From contig NC_057720.1 in assembly GCF_004010195.1 (NCBI RefSeq), positions 23,802,135 to 23,866,134 of the forward strand: a stretch of 64,000 nucleotides of DNA, given 5' to 3'. The stretch's first letter is position 1. Each line of letters starts with the position of its first letter. The translations under genes were made by a program, and so were the position numbers. The stretch is from Chiloscyllium plagiosum. Taxonomy: Eukaryota. A model generated the notes under the pieces. That model ran no database searches and was not told the origin of the DNA. It saw nothing but the letters and a program-made list of their open reading frames with translations. Shown here piece by piece: positions 50,061 through 62,335 of the stretch.

Positions 50061-51086
50061 TAATTGCATTTGAGAATAAGAGAAAATGGTGTTTGTCCTT
50101 CTCATCTTCCCCCAGCATTTCAGGCCTGCAATACCATACACTGAGGAGTTTAAGGACTGAGTTATAAAGAAATATTTTCAACAGTGAAATCATGTGCATG
50201 AGAAGGTAATCTTGTAGAAGCTATATAATCATCTGCAGGGTAGAAAACATTTATCCTGATCATTATCAAAATGACAGGCAAACATATGTAGAATTTATCA
50301 AGAAATGGATTTATGTCAGACATTAGGAAATATTTAATTTGACCTGACAATTAATTAATTGCTATACTGTGCAGTGGAATCAGAACTCTGGGATCTTTTA
50401 ATAGACATCTGATGCTGAGATGGAAGAACAACATAATTGCCTCTTTTATCTTTGTTTTCAGCTTTGTGGTATCTGTTGTATGCTCAGTTCATGGGCCACT
50501 TAGGACCAACATGCTCTGACAGTTCATTTTGCAACCATGATAAACCCTGTGCAGAAATGTGGACTACGAGAATGTGGTCGCCTATGCAGCAAAAATATAA
50601 CCATCAGTTAGAGCATATCACAACACAATACTTACTAATAAAGCAGCTTGATCTGACCTGCAGAAGTCGTACTGCGCATAATTAACACCTGTCAAGTAAG
50701 TCAGGCTAACACTGAAGTTATCAGCAGCCCCTACAAGCAACTACAATCTCACCATCACAAGCTATAAATGCTCTGTACTAGCACTGACTGCTGTTCAAAT
50801 AGCCAAGAACACCTTTGTATGGAGAGACAAATCCACAAGAAGGAAGATGCTTGTGGAGACAATGTTGAATGCAGATCAGCATTCTTGTACCACTCATTAT
50901 CTCAATCTTTGTCATTCAGATTGTGATAACAGGCATTTTGATCATTCCTGAATTAAAGGTTCTATAAGATGCTAAAACAGGAAAGCTGGCTCAAAATGGC
51001 AGATTAATTAAGGGAATACTAGTAGTAATAGCATTGATGTACTGTAAGTCTTCTGTCTCAAGTTAGAAGGCATATGACAAAGGCAT

Positions 51087-51247
51087 GGGGAGAAAGTGAG
51101 GTCTGCAGATGCTGGAGATCAGAGCTGAAAATGTGTTGCTGGAAAAGTGCAGCAGGTCAGGCAGCATCCAGGGAACCCTGAAACGTCGATTCTCCTGTTC
51201 CCTGGATGCTGCCTGACCTGCTGCGCTTTTCCAGTAACACATTTTCA
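51087..51247. mobile_element. Palindromic PLE micro-element (family A) with 17-bp TSD
   Basis: TSD gcatatgacaaaggcat at 51070-51086 and 51248-51264; arms 51124-51176 and 51197-51249; gaaacgtcgattc in the loop. Confidence 0.95.
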
Positions 51248-51634
51248 GCATATGACAAAGGCATCATTTCTATACTATTACAATGCAACATATAACTTTT
51301 TAAAACTGTTAGATGATCTTGAATAGCCATAACTTCATTAATTATTTGAAGGAAACCCTGTTAGGCCATAAAAAGTTATAGAAAATGTTATACTGTTGAT
51401 TCAAGGGAGATCATACTTCATTCTAAGAATACAGAGGCACAATAATCTTGCTGGTTGGAGGTAGAAACAATGGAAAGAGTTTGGCTGTGTCTGATCAGAT
51501 ATAAATAAAAACCTGAAATAAAGCAAAACACAGAAGTGTGAAAGATGGTTAGCCACTACAAATAGGCAGGAGGATCATGGTGAGTTATTAAACTGCATCT
51601 AGTGCTTCAATAAAAACAACATGCAAATTTTGGC

Positions 51635-52450
51635 TCAGTTTTTTTTAACTCATTCTCAGAATGTCGACATTGCTGGCATTTATTGTCCATACCTTGAGGC
51701 GATATTGGTAATCTGTTTTCTTGAACCATGGCAGTCCATAAGACCATAAGACTTAGGGGCAGAACTTCGCCATTCGGCCCTTCAAGTCTGCTCAACCATT
51801 CAATCATGGCTGATAGGTTGTTCAATGGCATTTTCCTGCTTTCTCACCATAACCTTCGATCCCCTTGGCAATCAAGAACTTATCCATCTCTGTTTTTAAA
51901 TATATTCAATGGCCTGGCCTTCACAGATTTCTGTGGCAATTCTGTAGGAACATCCACAGTTTTGTTATGAAAGGAGTTCCAGGATTTTAACCCAGTGTGG
52001 GTGAAGAATGTGAAATGCTTCCAAGACAGGATGGTAAGCAGCTTGAAGGGAAAATTACAGATGGTGATATTTCCATGACCTTACTTTTCATGATGTTTCC
52101 ATACTTTTGTCCTTCTAGATGGTAGTGATTGTGCATTTGGAAGATGCTAAGGATTCTTGGTAAATTGTTGACTGCATTTTGTAACAATGAACACTTTGGC
52201 CACTGAACATAAGTGATGAAGGACATTAATGCTGAAGCTGTTAGATAGGCTTCCAATCAAATGAGCTTTTGTCCTGGATAGAACTGAACTCCAACATCAT
52301 TGGAGCTGCATTCATCTGGGCAAATGGAAAGCACTACATTGCACCCTTGACATGTATTTTGGATGTGATGACCAGACCTTTGCAAGTCAAGACCTGAGTT
52401 ACTTGCAGATAGGATTCCTACTTCCAAAACTATCTGTGATGTGCTCCAGT
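51635..52450 (-). mobile_element. LINE family B 3' end with nested CR1 tail (51737-51945)
   Basis: gctggcatttattgtccat tail; ccataagaccataagac CR1 tail; ggagttccaggattttaaccca. Confidence 0.75.
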
Positions 52451-52699
52451 GAAAATTTGTAGCATCCAACCAGCCACATTGTAATCACTGGCATAGCATG
52501 TGGACAGATACAAACAGATGAAACATACAATAGGGTAATGCTTGAGGTTGAATAATTGATTTTATTGTAAGGTTTAACATAGAAATTTAGGGTTTTTTTT
52601 TGTTTTCTGGTGGGTTTGTTTTACATGTAGCCAAGAGGGTAAACTTTACTGAATTGAAATTGGGTTGTGTATACCAGTATGGATGAATTGATCACATGC

Positions 52700-52870
52700 T
52701 GCCCAGTCAGAAAGGGGGATGTGATGGATATTTTCACTTCCTCCTCCTCCATGTTCTCTTCCTTATTTCGCTTCATATGGATTATGGCAAGAATTGTGCC
52801 TCACCAATGGCAGGGTTATGCAGTATGCTGAAGATAATGACAGGCACCTCTCGAGTGCTCCTGGTGATAA
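52700..52870 (-). mobile_element. Possible PIF/Harbinger transposase C-terminal relic
   Basis: Minus-strand VIIFSILHNPAIGEAQFLP followed by a GAG-rich (acidic) tract, resembling ..CC.LHNLAI.R.QPLP..EEEE. Confidence 0.4.
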
Positions 52871-54015
52871 AAGAGTTAACTCCCAATGCTATGAATACCT
52901 TTACCAAATGACTAATGGCTGTGGTTCGAAGATTCCGTGGGTTATTTATAATTACTGTTAACTGTGATAAGACAAGGCTAGTGATATGTATTAATAATGT
53001 GAATTTTTCTCTTGGATAGATTCCCCACTTCAAGACAGGATTTCCAACCTATCACTTCAACTGTGCTGTGACCTGCTACCAGCTTTTTTCATCCAACCTA
53101 ATTAAAAACATTCGCCTTGCCCTGTCACTAAGAGAAAGGTGTGTTGATGTAATGGAACACTCTCTCCTGGTATAATGGAGAACAAGGTCAGTGAGGCTGG
53201 CATGCTGAAGCACATACTGGATTGTTTCTGCAGCATTTCCTGACACTCCCAGCAGTTTGCAGTGGCAGAGGTACAAGGCATGGACGAAGTGGCAATGTTG
53301 AAAGATGTCAAGGTTGAGCCACTGAGAGTACAGGCATAGTGACAGAGAGAGAGAAGGAGATGGTCTCTTGATGGAGCACATATCAATAGTAAACATATGT
53401 CAGTGGAATGCAGACACACACTGCAGTGTAATGGTTTAAAAATAAGCAAGAATCTGAAGGTGAAGACAAGCGTTTCAGATAGTGGATTTCTGAGAGTTCT
53501 CCTGTTCAGTCAATCAAATTCAACATGTACATTGATTATCTTGGGTTCCTGTCATCAGAAATTACAGTAGAATGATCCTTACAAAAATTGGTCCCATTTA
53601 ATGTTAATTTATTATAGTCAAAGGAAGCACAATATGTGTTGAGAAAGGCTCTAGCTGCTTTTGAGCAGGTGAGGATGACAAGTTGTATGGAAGTCAGTCA
53701 CTGCTAAGGAGAGTGTCAAAAAAACCAAGCTTTAAAGGATAAGGGAGAGGATTAAAGCAAATATTGGTAGGTTTACAATTAGAGAATTCGACCTCGAAAT
53801 AATGCAAGTTCGTGTGTTTCCTTGTCTTCTATTTCAATAGTGATATTCGATCCGTTTATTTTAAAATTGAGGAAGAAGGAGCTTACACAAGAGAGCTCAT
53901 ACAAAGATTACTCACTTTATAAAGGCAAGAGTAACCATGTATTTCAGTATAGTTCTGTCAGCAATACCTGTTTTAATTATGTTGCAATAGTGCACAGTTC
54001 GAGATGACGCAGCTG

Positions 54016-54142
54016 TTTGCCATGGCAACAGGTAGCATGTTTGTGCATTCTGAAAGGAAGCAAGAGACTTGCATTTCTGTTCATGAGCTTGATACCACTG
54101 AAAGCCAAGCAGCCCTTCTTAGGTAGAGGTTGCTATGGTTAC
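54016..54142. promoter_or_regulatory. Pair of RFX X-box motifs
   Basis: tttgccatggcaac (54016-54029) and gttgctatggttac (54129-54142) versus consensus GTTRCCATGGYAAC. Confidence 0.5.
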
Positions 54143-55542
54143 ACCTATTGCTTGCTGATGCTGAAAATGAACATTTAAGTTTTTTAAAATATCATGATAA
54201 TTTGGCATCATTTTAAAATGCATCCAACGATACAAAACCAATGCAGAATATGAGACAGGGCAAATAATATAAAAATGTACTTCTTCAAAAAGCGGTGGAA
54301 CATGCAGACTAATTGAGATTAATTTCTATAATACAGTTGGAAAACAATGCAATTGGCAATCATATTTCTATTAGTTTTAGCTAAAATTGAGATATTGTTT
54401 ACCTATGGTTTAGCCATTTAAAGTTGTGTTTATAAAACATGCTGGTTTCCTACATGTTTCATCTTTATTGTTGCAAAAACCTAGCTCATGGTTCATGTTA
54501 TTGCTTTTGGGAAATGTTCAGTTCTGAGAATTTTCTTGTTTTAAAGGTAAAGTAATTCGAATGCTAGGTTTCTATGATTGTCAGGAAACCTTAAGAAATG
54601 GTAGTACTAAAGGTGATCTATGTTTGCCAATAAAGTCAGGCTGAAGAAATGGATAATAAGACCATTGGATACAAGGGCAGAGTATTTGGCATATCGGGTC
54701 TGTTCCACCATTCGATGGCTGATGTGTTTCTCAACTCCATTTTCAGGCCTTCTCCTCATCACCCTTGATCCCTCTACTAACTAAGAACCTATCTATCCTG
54801 GTCTTAAATACACTCAATGACTTGGCCTCCACAGCATTCTGCAGCAATGAGTTCCACAGAGTAACCACGCTTTGGCTGAATAAATTCCACCTCATCCCAA
54901 TTCTGAAGGGTTGACCCTTAAATGAGGCTGTGCCCTCAGGTTCTACTCTCTCCTATGGGTGGATACATCTTCTCCACATCCACTGTATTCAGGCCTCTCA
55001 GTATTCTGTAAGTTTTAATCAGATACTCCCCCACCCTTCTAAACTCCATTGAGTATAGATCCAGAGTCCTTAATTATTCCCTTCGTCCTTGGGATCATTC
55101 TTGTGAACATTCTTTGAACTCTAATATCAATACATCCTTCCTTAGATATAGGGGCCCAAAACTACTCACAATATTCCAAATGCAGTCTGATCAGATCCTT
55201 ATACAACCATGGCAGTACACCCCTGTTCTAGTTGCCTCGATCTTTTGAAATGAATGCCAACTTTTCATTTGTCTTCCTAATTGCCAACTGAATCTGCATG
55301 TTAACCTTAAGAGAATCCTGAACTAGGACTTCCAAGTCTCTCTGTATTTCAGATTTTCAAAGCGTTTTTCCATTTGGAAAACAGTCAATGTCTCTATTTT
55401 CCTACCAAAGTGCAAATCCTCACACTTTCCCACATTGACTTCTATCTACCACTTCTTTGCCCACTCTTCTAGCATGTCCTTCTGCAGTCTCCCCGATTCC
55501 TCAACATGACCTGTCTCTCCACCTATCTTTGTGTCATCTGCA

Positions 55543-55853
55543 CGGTGGCACGGTTGGCGACACGGTGGCACAGTGGTTAGCACTACTGCCTCACAGCGCC
55601 TGAGACCCGGGTTCAATTCCCGCCTGTGTGGAGTTTGCACGTTCTCCCAGTGTCTACGTGGGTTTCCTCCGGGTGCTCCGGTTTCCTCCCACAGTCCAAA
55701 GATGTGCAGATCAGGTGAATTGGCCATGCTAAATTGCCCATAGTGTTAGGTAAGGGGTAAATGTAGGGGTATGGGTGGGTTGCGCTTCAGCGGGTCGGTG
55801 TGGACTTGTTGGGCCGAAGGGCCTATTTCCACACTGTAATGTAATCTAATCTA
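55543..55853 (+). mobile_element. HE1-type V-SINE with 7-bp TSD
   Basis: TSD atctgca at 55536-55542 and 55854-55860, inside the CR1 FADD codons. Confidence 0.95.
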
Positions 55854-56855
55854 ATCTGCAAATTTAGCAACAGTGTCCTCAATTCCTTCATCCAAAAATG
55901 AATAGTTGTGGTCTGAACATTGACCCCTGAGAACCTCCACTAGTCACCAGTTGCCGTCTTGAAAAAGACCCCTTTACCCCTTACTCTCTGCCTTCTGCCA
56001 GTCAGCCAATCCTCTATCCATGCTAGTACCTTGCCTTTAACATCAAAGACTCTTATCTTATTTAACAGCCTCCTGTGTGCCACCGTGGCAAGGCCTTCTG
56101 GAAATCCAAATACATCACGACCACTGGTTCTCCTTTGTCTAATTTGTTCGTTACTTCCACAAAGATTTCTAACAGATTTGTCAGGCATAATCTCCCCTTG
56201 ACGAAGCCATGCTGAATCATCCCTGTTTTGTCATGCATGCACTTTCAAAGTATTCTGCAATCTCATCCTTAATTATAGACTCTAAAATCTTACCAACAAC
56301 CAAGGTTAGGCTCACAGGCATATAATTTTCTATCTTCTGCCTCCATCCCTTCTTGAAAAGGGCCATTACATTAGCTATTTTCCAGTTCATTGGCACCCTC
56401 CCAAACACCGCTGATTCCTGAAAAATTGCCATTAATGCCTCTATAATCTCTTTAGCTATCTCCTTCAGAACCCTACGATGTAGTCTATCAGCTCTGAGTA
56501 ATTTATCCATCCTCAGACTTTTCACTTTCCTCAGCACATTCTCCTTAGTGATGGCCACTACACTCAACTCTGCCTCTGAGTCTCTTGAAGTTCTGGTATA
56601 TTATTGGTGTCATCTACTGTGAAAATCAATGCAAATTACCTATTTGGTTCCCTTGTCATTTCATCATTCCCCATTACTACTTCTCAAGCCTTATTTTCCA
56701 GCTATTCAATGTCCACTCTTGCCTTTCTCTTATCTTCTATATGTCTAAAAAACTCTTGCAATATCCTTTCATATTATTATTTAGCTTACTCTCATATTGC
56801 ATCTTCTCCAGCATCATTTTATTTTTAGCTATCCCCTGCTGTTTTTTATGGGCTG

Positions 56856-57950
56856 TTCAACAAGGTTCCTCATGGTAGATTGGTTAGCAAGGTTAGATCA
56901 CATGGAATACAGGGAGAACTAGCCATTTGGATACAGAACTGGCTCAAAGGTAGAAGACAGAGGATGGTGATGGAGGTTGCTTTTCAGACTGGAGGCCTGT
57001 GACCTGTGGTGTGCCACAAGGATCGGTGCTGAGTCCATTGCTTTTTGTCACTTACATAAAGGATTTGGATGTGAACATAGAAGTATGGTTAGTAAGTTTA
57101 CATATTACACCAGAATTGGAGGTGTAGTGGACAGCCAAGAAGGTTACCTCAGAGTACAACAGGATTTTGATCGGATGGACCAATGGCCCATAGGAGTGGC
57201 AGATGGAGTTTGATTTAGATAAATGTGAGGTGTTGTATTTTGGAAAGGCAAATCAGGTTAGGACTTATACACTTAATGGTAAGGTCCTAGGGAGTATTGC
57301 TGAACAAAGAGAGCTTTGAGTGCAGAATGTTCCTCGAAAGTGGTGTCAAAGATAGATAGGATACTGAAGAAGGCAGTTGGTACCCTTGCCTTTATTGATC
57401 AATGCATTGAGTAGAGGAGTTCATGTTGCAGCTATAAAGAATATAGGTTAGGCCATTTTTGGAATACTTGTGCAATTCTGGTCTCCCTGCTATAGGAAGG
57501 ATGTTGTAAAACTTCAAAGATTTCAGAAAAGATTTACAAGGATGTTGCCAGGGTTGGAGGGTTTGAGCTATAGGCAGAGGTTGAATAGGCTAGAGCTGTT
57601 TTCCCTGGAACGTCGGAGGCTGAGGGATGACCTTATAGAGGTTTATAACAGCATGGATAGGGTGAATAGACAAGGTCTTTTCCCTGGAGAGTCCAGAAGG
57701 CATAGGTTTAAGATGAGAAGGGGTAAAATTTAAAAGGGACATAAGGGGTAATTTTTTCATGCAGAGGGTGGTGCGTGTATGAAATGAACTGCCAAAGAAA
57801 GCAGTGGAGGCTGGTACAATTCCAACATTTAAAAGGCATCTAGATGGGTTAAGAGGGATATGGACTAAATGCTGGCAAATGGGACGAGATTTATTTCAGA
57901 TATCTGGTCAGCATGGGTGAGTTGAACTGAAAGGTCTGTTTCCATGACTC
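56856..57950 (+). mobile_element. CR1/HER1 LINE, 5'-truncated, nested in the older CR1
   Basis: Same subfamily sequence as 18244-19200; QFWSPCYRKDV..LERRRLRDDLIEVY. Confidence 0.95.
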
Positions 57951-58310
57951 TGGCTTCCTACTAATCTTCATCACATTGTATGATGCTTCTCTTGCTTTTA
58001 CGCTTCCCCCAACTTCCTTTATCGGTCATGGTTGCCTCGTCCTTAGCATGTTTCTTCTTCCTTGGGATACATTTTCTATTGTGCTTCCTGAATTATCCCT
58101 AGAAACACCTGCCATTGCTGCTCCACTGTCTGCCCTGCCATGCTCCCCTTCCACCAACTCTGGCCAACTCCTCCCTCATGTCTTTGTAGTTATCTTTACT
58201 CAAATGTAATACAATTACATGTGATTCCAGCTTCTCCCTCTCAAACTGTAGGGTGAATTCTTTCCAATTACGATCACTGCCCCAGTTGGGATCTTCACCT
58301 TAAGGTCCCC

Positions 58311-58430
58311 ATAGACTCGAAGCATTAGCTTGCTCTCTCTCCCTGAATACTGTCCGACCTGGTGTGATCTCCAACATTTGTTGTTTTCAGTACAGATTTT
58401 CAGCATCTGCAGTCATTCACTCTTACTTTT
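58311..58430 (+). mobile_element. PLE terminal micro-element, degenerate
   Basis: tagactcgaagcattagcttgctctctct...cagattttcagcatctgcagt. Confidence 0.65.
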
Positions 58431-59499
58431 AATGAGGTCAGTCAGCTGGACATCATATTTGATGCGGCTGTTAATCTGATCCAATCAGGAAGACCTAGCT
58501 GACGTGAAAGGGTGAATGTCAGGCACATCAAGGCCCCGAATGCCTGACCCAGTGAGAGGCAGTGCTATTGTCAAAGGCATTTGTAAACAGAGTATGATTG
58601 GTGATGGGCTGCCAGCCTCTGAAGAGTTATTTCTCTCCCTAACCAAGTCTGCCTCATTACACATCACCAAATTCAGAATTGTCTGTTCTCTTTTAGGCTC
58701 TACCACAAGCTGCTCCGAAAACCACGTCATAGACATTCCATGAATTCCTTTTCTTGAGATCCACTACTAACCTGATTTTCCCAGTCCAACTGCATATTAA
58801 CGTCCCCTATGATTCTTACGACAGTACCTTTATTACATGCGTTTTCCATCTCCTGATTTATTTCCTTCCCACCTCGTGACTATTGCTCGGAGGCTTGTAC
58901 ACAACTCCCATCTGAGTCTTTGTTTCCTTTGCGGTTTCTCAACTCTACCCACACAAATTCTATGCCTTCCAACTTTATATCACTTCTTGCCATTGATTTA
59001 ATTTTATTTCTTACTAACAAGGCAAACCTGCCCCTCTGCCATCTGTCTGCCATTTTAATAGGATGTATATCCTTGGATATTTAGACCCCAGCCCTGATCC
59101 CCTTTTAGCCCACGTCTCTGTGATACCCGCAACATTGCATGTGACAATTTTAATCTGTGCTTCAAGCTCATTTACCTACTTACATATATTACATACACTT
59201 AGTCTTGTATTGACTAACCCGCTTCTCATAGTTGTCCCCTTATCTGCTGTGCCTGAAGTTAGATTCCTGACCCTTTCTATACTCTCTGTCCTATTACTTG
59301 TTTTGGAAATTTTAATAATCTCCACTGAGCCTTCCCTCCTTTAACTCAATAATTTGCCATGCAACTGAAACTCAAACCCCACACTATTTTTTATTAAAGC
59401 CCTCTCCATAGCCCTAGTTATTTGATTTGCCAGGACTCCCGTCCCCGCATGATATAGATGAGGCCTGTCCTACTGGAGCAGCTCCTTCCTTCCCCAGTA

Positions 59500-59635
59500 C
59501 ATAGAACATAAAACAGTACAGCACAGTACAGAGTGCTTCAGCCCTCAATGCTGTGTCGGCCCTCCATCCTACTCTAAGATCAGACTAACCTACATACCCT
59601 TCATTGTACTAACTTCCATGTGCCTATCCAAGAAT
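59500..59635 (-). mobile_element. Short CR1 3' tail
   Basis: catagaacataaaacagtacagcacagtacag...ttcagccc. Confidence 0.7.
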
Positions 59636-59885
59636 CAATGGTGCCAATGCCCTAGGATTTCAAGCCCCTTTCTCCCACGGCAATCTTTCATCCACAAATT
59701 TACCTCTTTAATCTTGATGACCCTGTGCCAATTTTGCTTATGGCTCAGGTAATAACCGGAGATTAATTTGGTTCTGCTTTTTAAGTTAGGCCCTAGCTGT
59801 TTCATATTCTCTCAGCAGAACTTCTTTCCTCTACCTATATCGTTGGTACCTAGATGAACCAACCTAATTGGATCTTTCCCCTTTT

Positions 59886-60185
59886 TATTAGATTAGATTC
59901 CCCTTCGGCCCAACAAGTACACATTGACCCTCCAAAAAGAAACCCACCCAGACTTTTTTCCCTCTGACTAATGCACCTAACATTATGGGCAATTTAGCAT
60001 GGTCAATTGATCTGACCTGCGCATCTTTGGACTGTGGGAGGAAACCAGAGCACCTGGAGGAAACCCACGCAGATGCAGGGAGAATGTGCAAACTCCACAC
60101 AGACAGTCGCCCGAGGCTGGAATTGAACCTAGGTCACTTGCGTTGTGAGGCAGCAGTGCTAACCACTGAGCCACCATGCTGCCAC
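59886..60185 (-). mobile_element. HE1-type V-SINE
   Basis: attagattagattcc tail, V-domain and head. Confidence 0.95.
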
Positions 60186-60829
60186 ATTCACGTTCTTCAC
60201 ATTTCACTGCAGCCCAGGTGAGATATCCTGAACCCACGCACCAGGCAGGCAACACAGCATTCAGGACTCTCAATCCTGGCCACAGAGAACAGTGACTATT
60301 TCCCTGACAATAATATCCCTGACTACAAGTATATTTCTTTTTTCTCTCTCCTCTTGAATGGCTCCATGGTGTGAAGATCAGTTTGCTAATCCTCCTTAAG
60401 CCAGCGCCCTCTCACTTTTATCTACAGAGGGAGTAAGAATGTCAAACGTGATAGACAATCTCAGCACCATCTCCTGGATCCCTGTACCTGCCTTGCCGGT
60501 AGTCACACCTTCCTGTCCCTGACCACTGACTGAATTCCAGATAGTTAATCTGAGGGTGTGAGTGCCCCCTGAAACACAGAGTCCAAGGAACTCTTCCCCC
60601 TGCCTGATGTGTCATAGTGTTCAAAGCTCAGACTTCAGCTCACCAACTCTGAGCTAGAGTTCCTCAAGTAACCAATACTTGCTACAGATATGGTCACTAT
60701 AAACCACAATGGAGTCCATCAGCTCCCACATCATTCAGGTAGAACACATCACCTGTCCTGCCATCTCTATTTTAATTACTTAGCTCTTAATTTGATTTTG
60801 AGCTAAATTAGTTTCAAAGTATTCAGTAA

Positions 60830-60990
60830 ACCTTGATAGATAGGTTCTTGATTGTCAAGGAGATCAAGGTTTATGGAGAGAAAGAAGGAGAAAGGGATTG
60901 AGAAACTTATCAGCCATGATTGAATGGCAGAACAGACCCGATGGGGCTGAATGGCCTTATTTCTGCTCCTTTGTCTTATGGTCTTATAGT
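60830..60990 (+). mobile_element. Short CR1 3' tail
   Basis: atcagccatgattgaatggcag...ggctgaatggcc...tcttatggtcttat. Confidence 0.8.
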
Positions 60991-61056
60991 CTTTTAATAC
61001 CAATTTCCAACACCTGAACAATGATTAAATTGTATATAAGGTTTAATTCACCTAAA

Positions 61057-61269
61057 CAGAGAAAGTGAGAACTGCAGATGCTGGAGATCAGAGTCTAGAG
61101 TGTGGTGCTGGAAAAGCACAGCAGGTCAGGCAGCATCCGAGGAGCAGGAGAATTGACGGTTCAGGCATATGGATTCTTAAGGAAGGGCTTATACCCGAAA
61201 CGTTGATTCACCTGCTCCTCAGATGCTGTCTAACCGGCTGTGCTTTTCTAGCACCACACTCTTCGACTC
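61057..61269. mobile_element. Palindromic PLE micro-element (family A) with 14-bp TSD (1 mismatch)
   Basis: ttaattcacctaaa at 61043-61056 and ttaattctcctaaa at 61270-61283; gaagggcttatacccgaaacgttg at the turn. Confidence 0.9.
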
Positions 61270-61769
61270 TTAATTCTCCTAAAAATCAGTTTGAAGGTAT
61301 CTCAGTGCAGGCTATTTCCTTTGGTTTCTATTTATCTGTGTTTGCTGGAAAGTTAAGTTGTAGTCTGGAGTCATGTTAGCCAAAGGTCACCAAGAGAGAG
61401 GTAAAATTACTGAGAGTTAGACAGACCTGTCCTGTAAGCTGAGTGAAAAGTGAACTTTATCAGTCGTTGCATGGAATACAGATGAAGCATAACCTCAGTT
61501 TGAGTTTAGTGAAAGAACAGAAAATGAAAGATTTCTTAGGTTGAAATAGTGGAAAAATCTACATTCACCACATGTTCTTATGCCAAAGATAACAACAAAC
61601 TTGAAAGTATTTAAAAACGACAAGAGGCATTCATAGGCACGAGAGAATAAATTAATGTTTTACCTCTGACAATAGTTGGAGCTGAGGAGAATCATCCATC
61701 AGACCATAGCATTCTCTGCATTATTCCTATAGAGATAAACAACTTTAAGATGTCAGTATCTTGCTCACC

Positions 61770-62078
61770 AAAGTACCTTATACAAAACCTTTCAAAACCA
61801 TAACCTCCTAGAAAGTGAAAGGCAGCAGATAAACGGGAATACCACAATTAACAAGTTCCTCTCCCATGCAACATATCATCCTGACTTGGAACTATATTTG
61901 CATTCCTTCATTTTCACTGGGTTAAAATTCTCGATCTCCCTTCCAAATAGCACTATGGGGACTCCTACATTCAAGAAATGCAACAATTCAAGAAAGCAGC
62001 TCATCACCACTTTCTGAAGGACAATTAGGCATGGACAATTAAAGCTGGCCTCAAGATGTCACATCTCATTAAGTAAAA
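61770..62078 (+). mobile_element. LINE family B 3' end
   Basis: atcctgacttggaactatat...ttcaagaaagcagctcatcaccac...acaattaaagctggcc. Confidence 0.8.
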
Positions 62079-62132
62079 AAATCTAGTAAGTGAATTCTTG
62101 AGAAGAAATTGGAAGTAAACCTAAATCTATTA

Positions 62133-62335
62133 CAGAAACAAAAATAGAAGTTGCTGGAAAAGCTCAGCAGGTCTGGCAGATTCTGTGAAGAGAAATCCAG
62201 TGACTCTTCCTCAGAAATAGACCTGAAATGTTAACTTTGATTTCTCTTCACAGATGCTGCCAGGCCTGTTGAGCTTTTCCAGCAACTTCTGTTTTTGTTT
62301 CTGATTTATAGCATCCACAGTTCTTTCAGTTTTTA
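62133..62335. mobile_element. Palindromic PLE micro-element (family B)
   Basis: cagaaacaaaaatagaagttgctggaaaagctcagcagg inverted against cctgttgagcttttccagcaacttctgtttttgtttctg; hammerhead halves at the turn. Confidence 0.9.

Larger units (their letters stand above)
54655..60790 (-). mobile_element. Near full-length CR1 LINE (ORF1 zinc-finger/esterase plus ORF2), inactivated, with nested insertions
   Basis: Minus strand: MAGQVMCS..MWE...HICSK..LLEEL.LRV (ORF1 N-terminus, ~60770), LCCLPGA (esterase, ~60250), ANVMALFKKG...PVSLTLVVGKILE, ADDTKIGG, and 3' tail at ~54655. Confidence 0.9.

Noticed and set aside
53076..53449. Protein-coding exon on the minus strand
   Set aside because: No recognisable protein, no clear donor site and no neighbouring exons; kept only as a possible transposon relic
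2337..60221. Recurrent MANSPNLHIFGLWEETGAPGGNP / WPIHLTCTSLDCGRK peptide family
   Set aside because: These are translations of the HE1 SINE V-domain, not proteins
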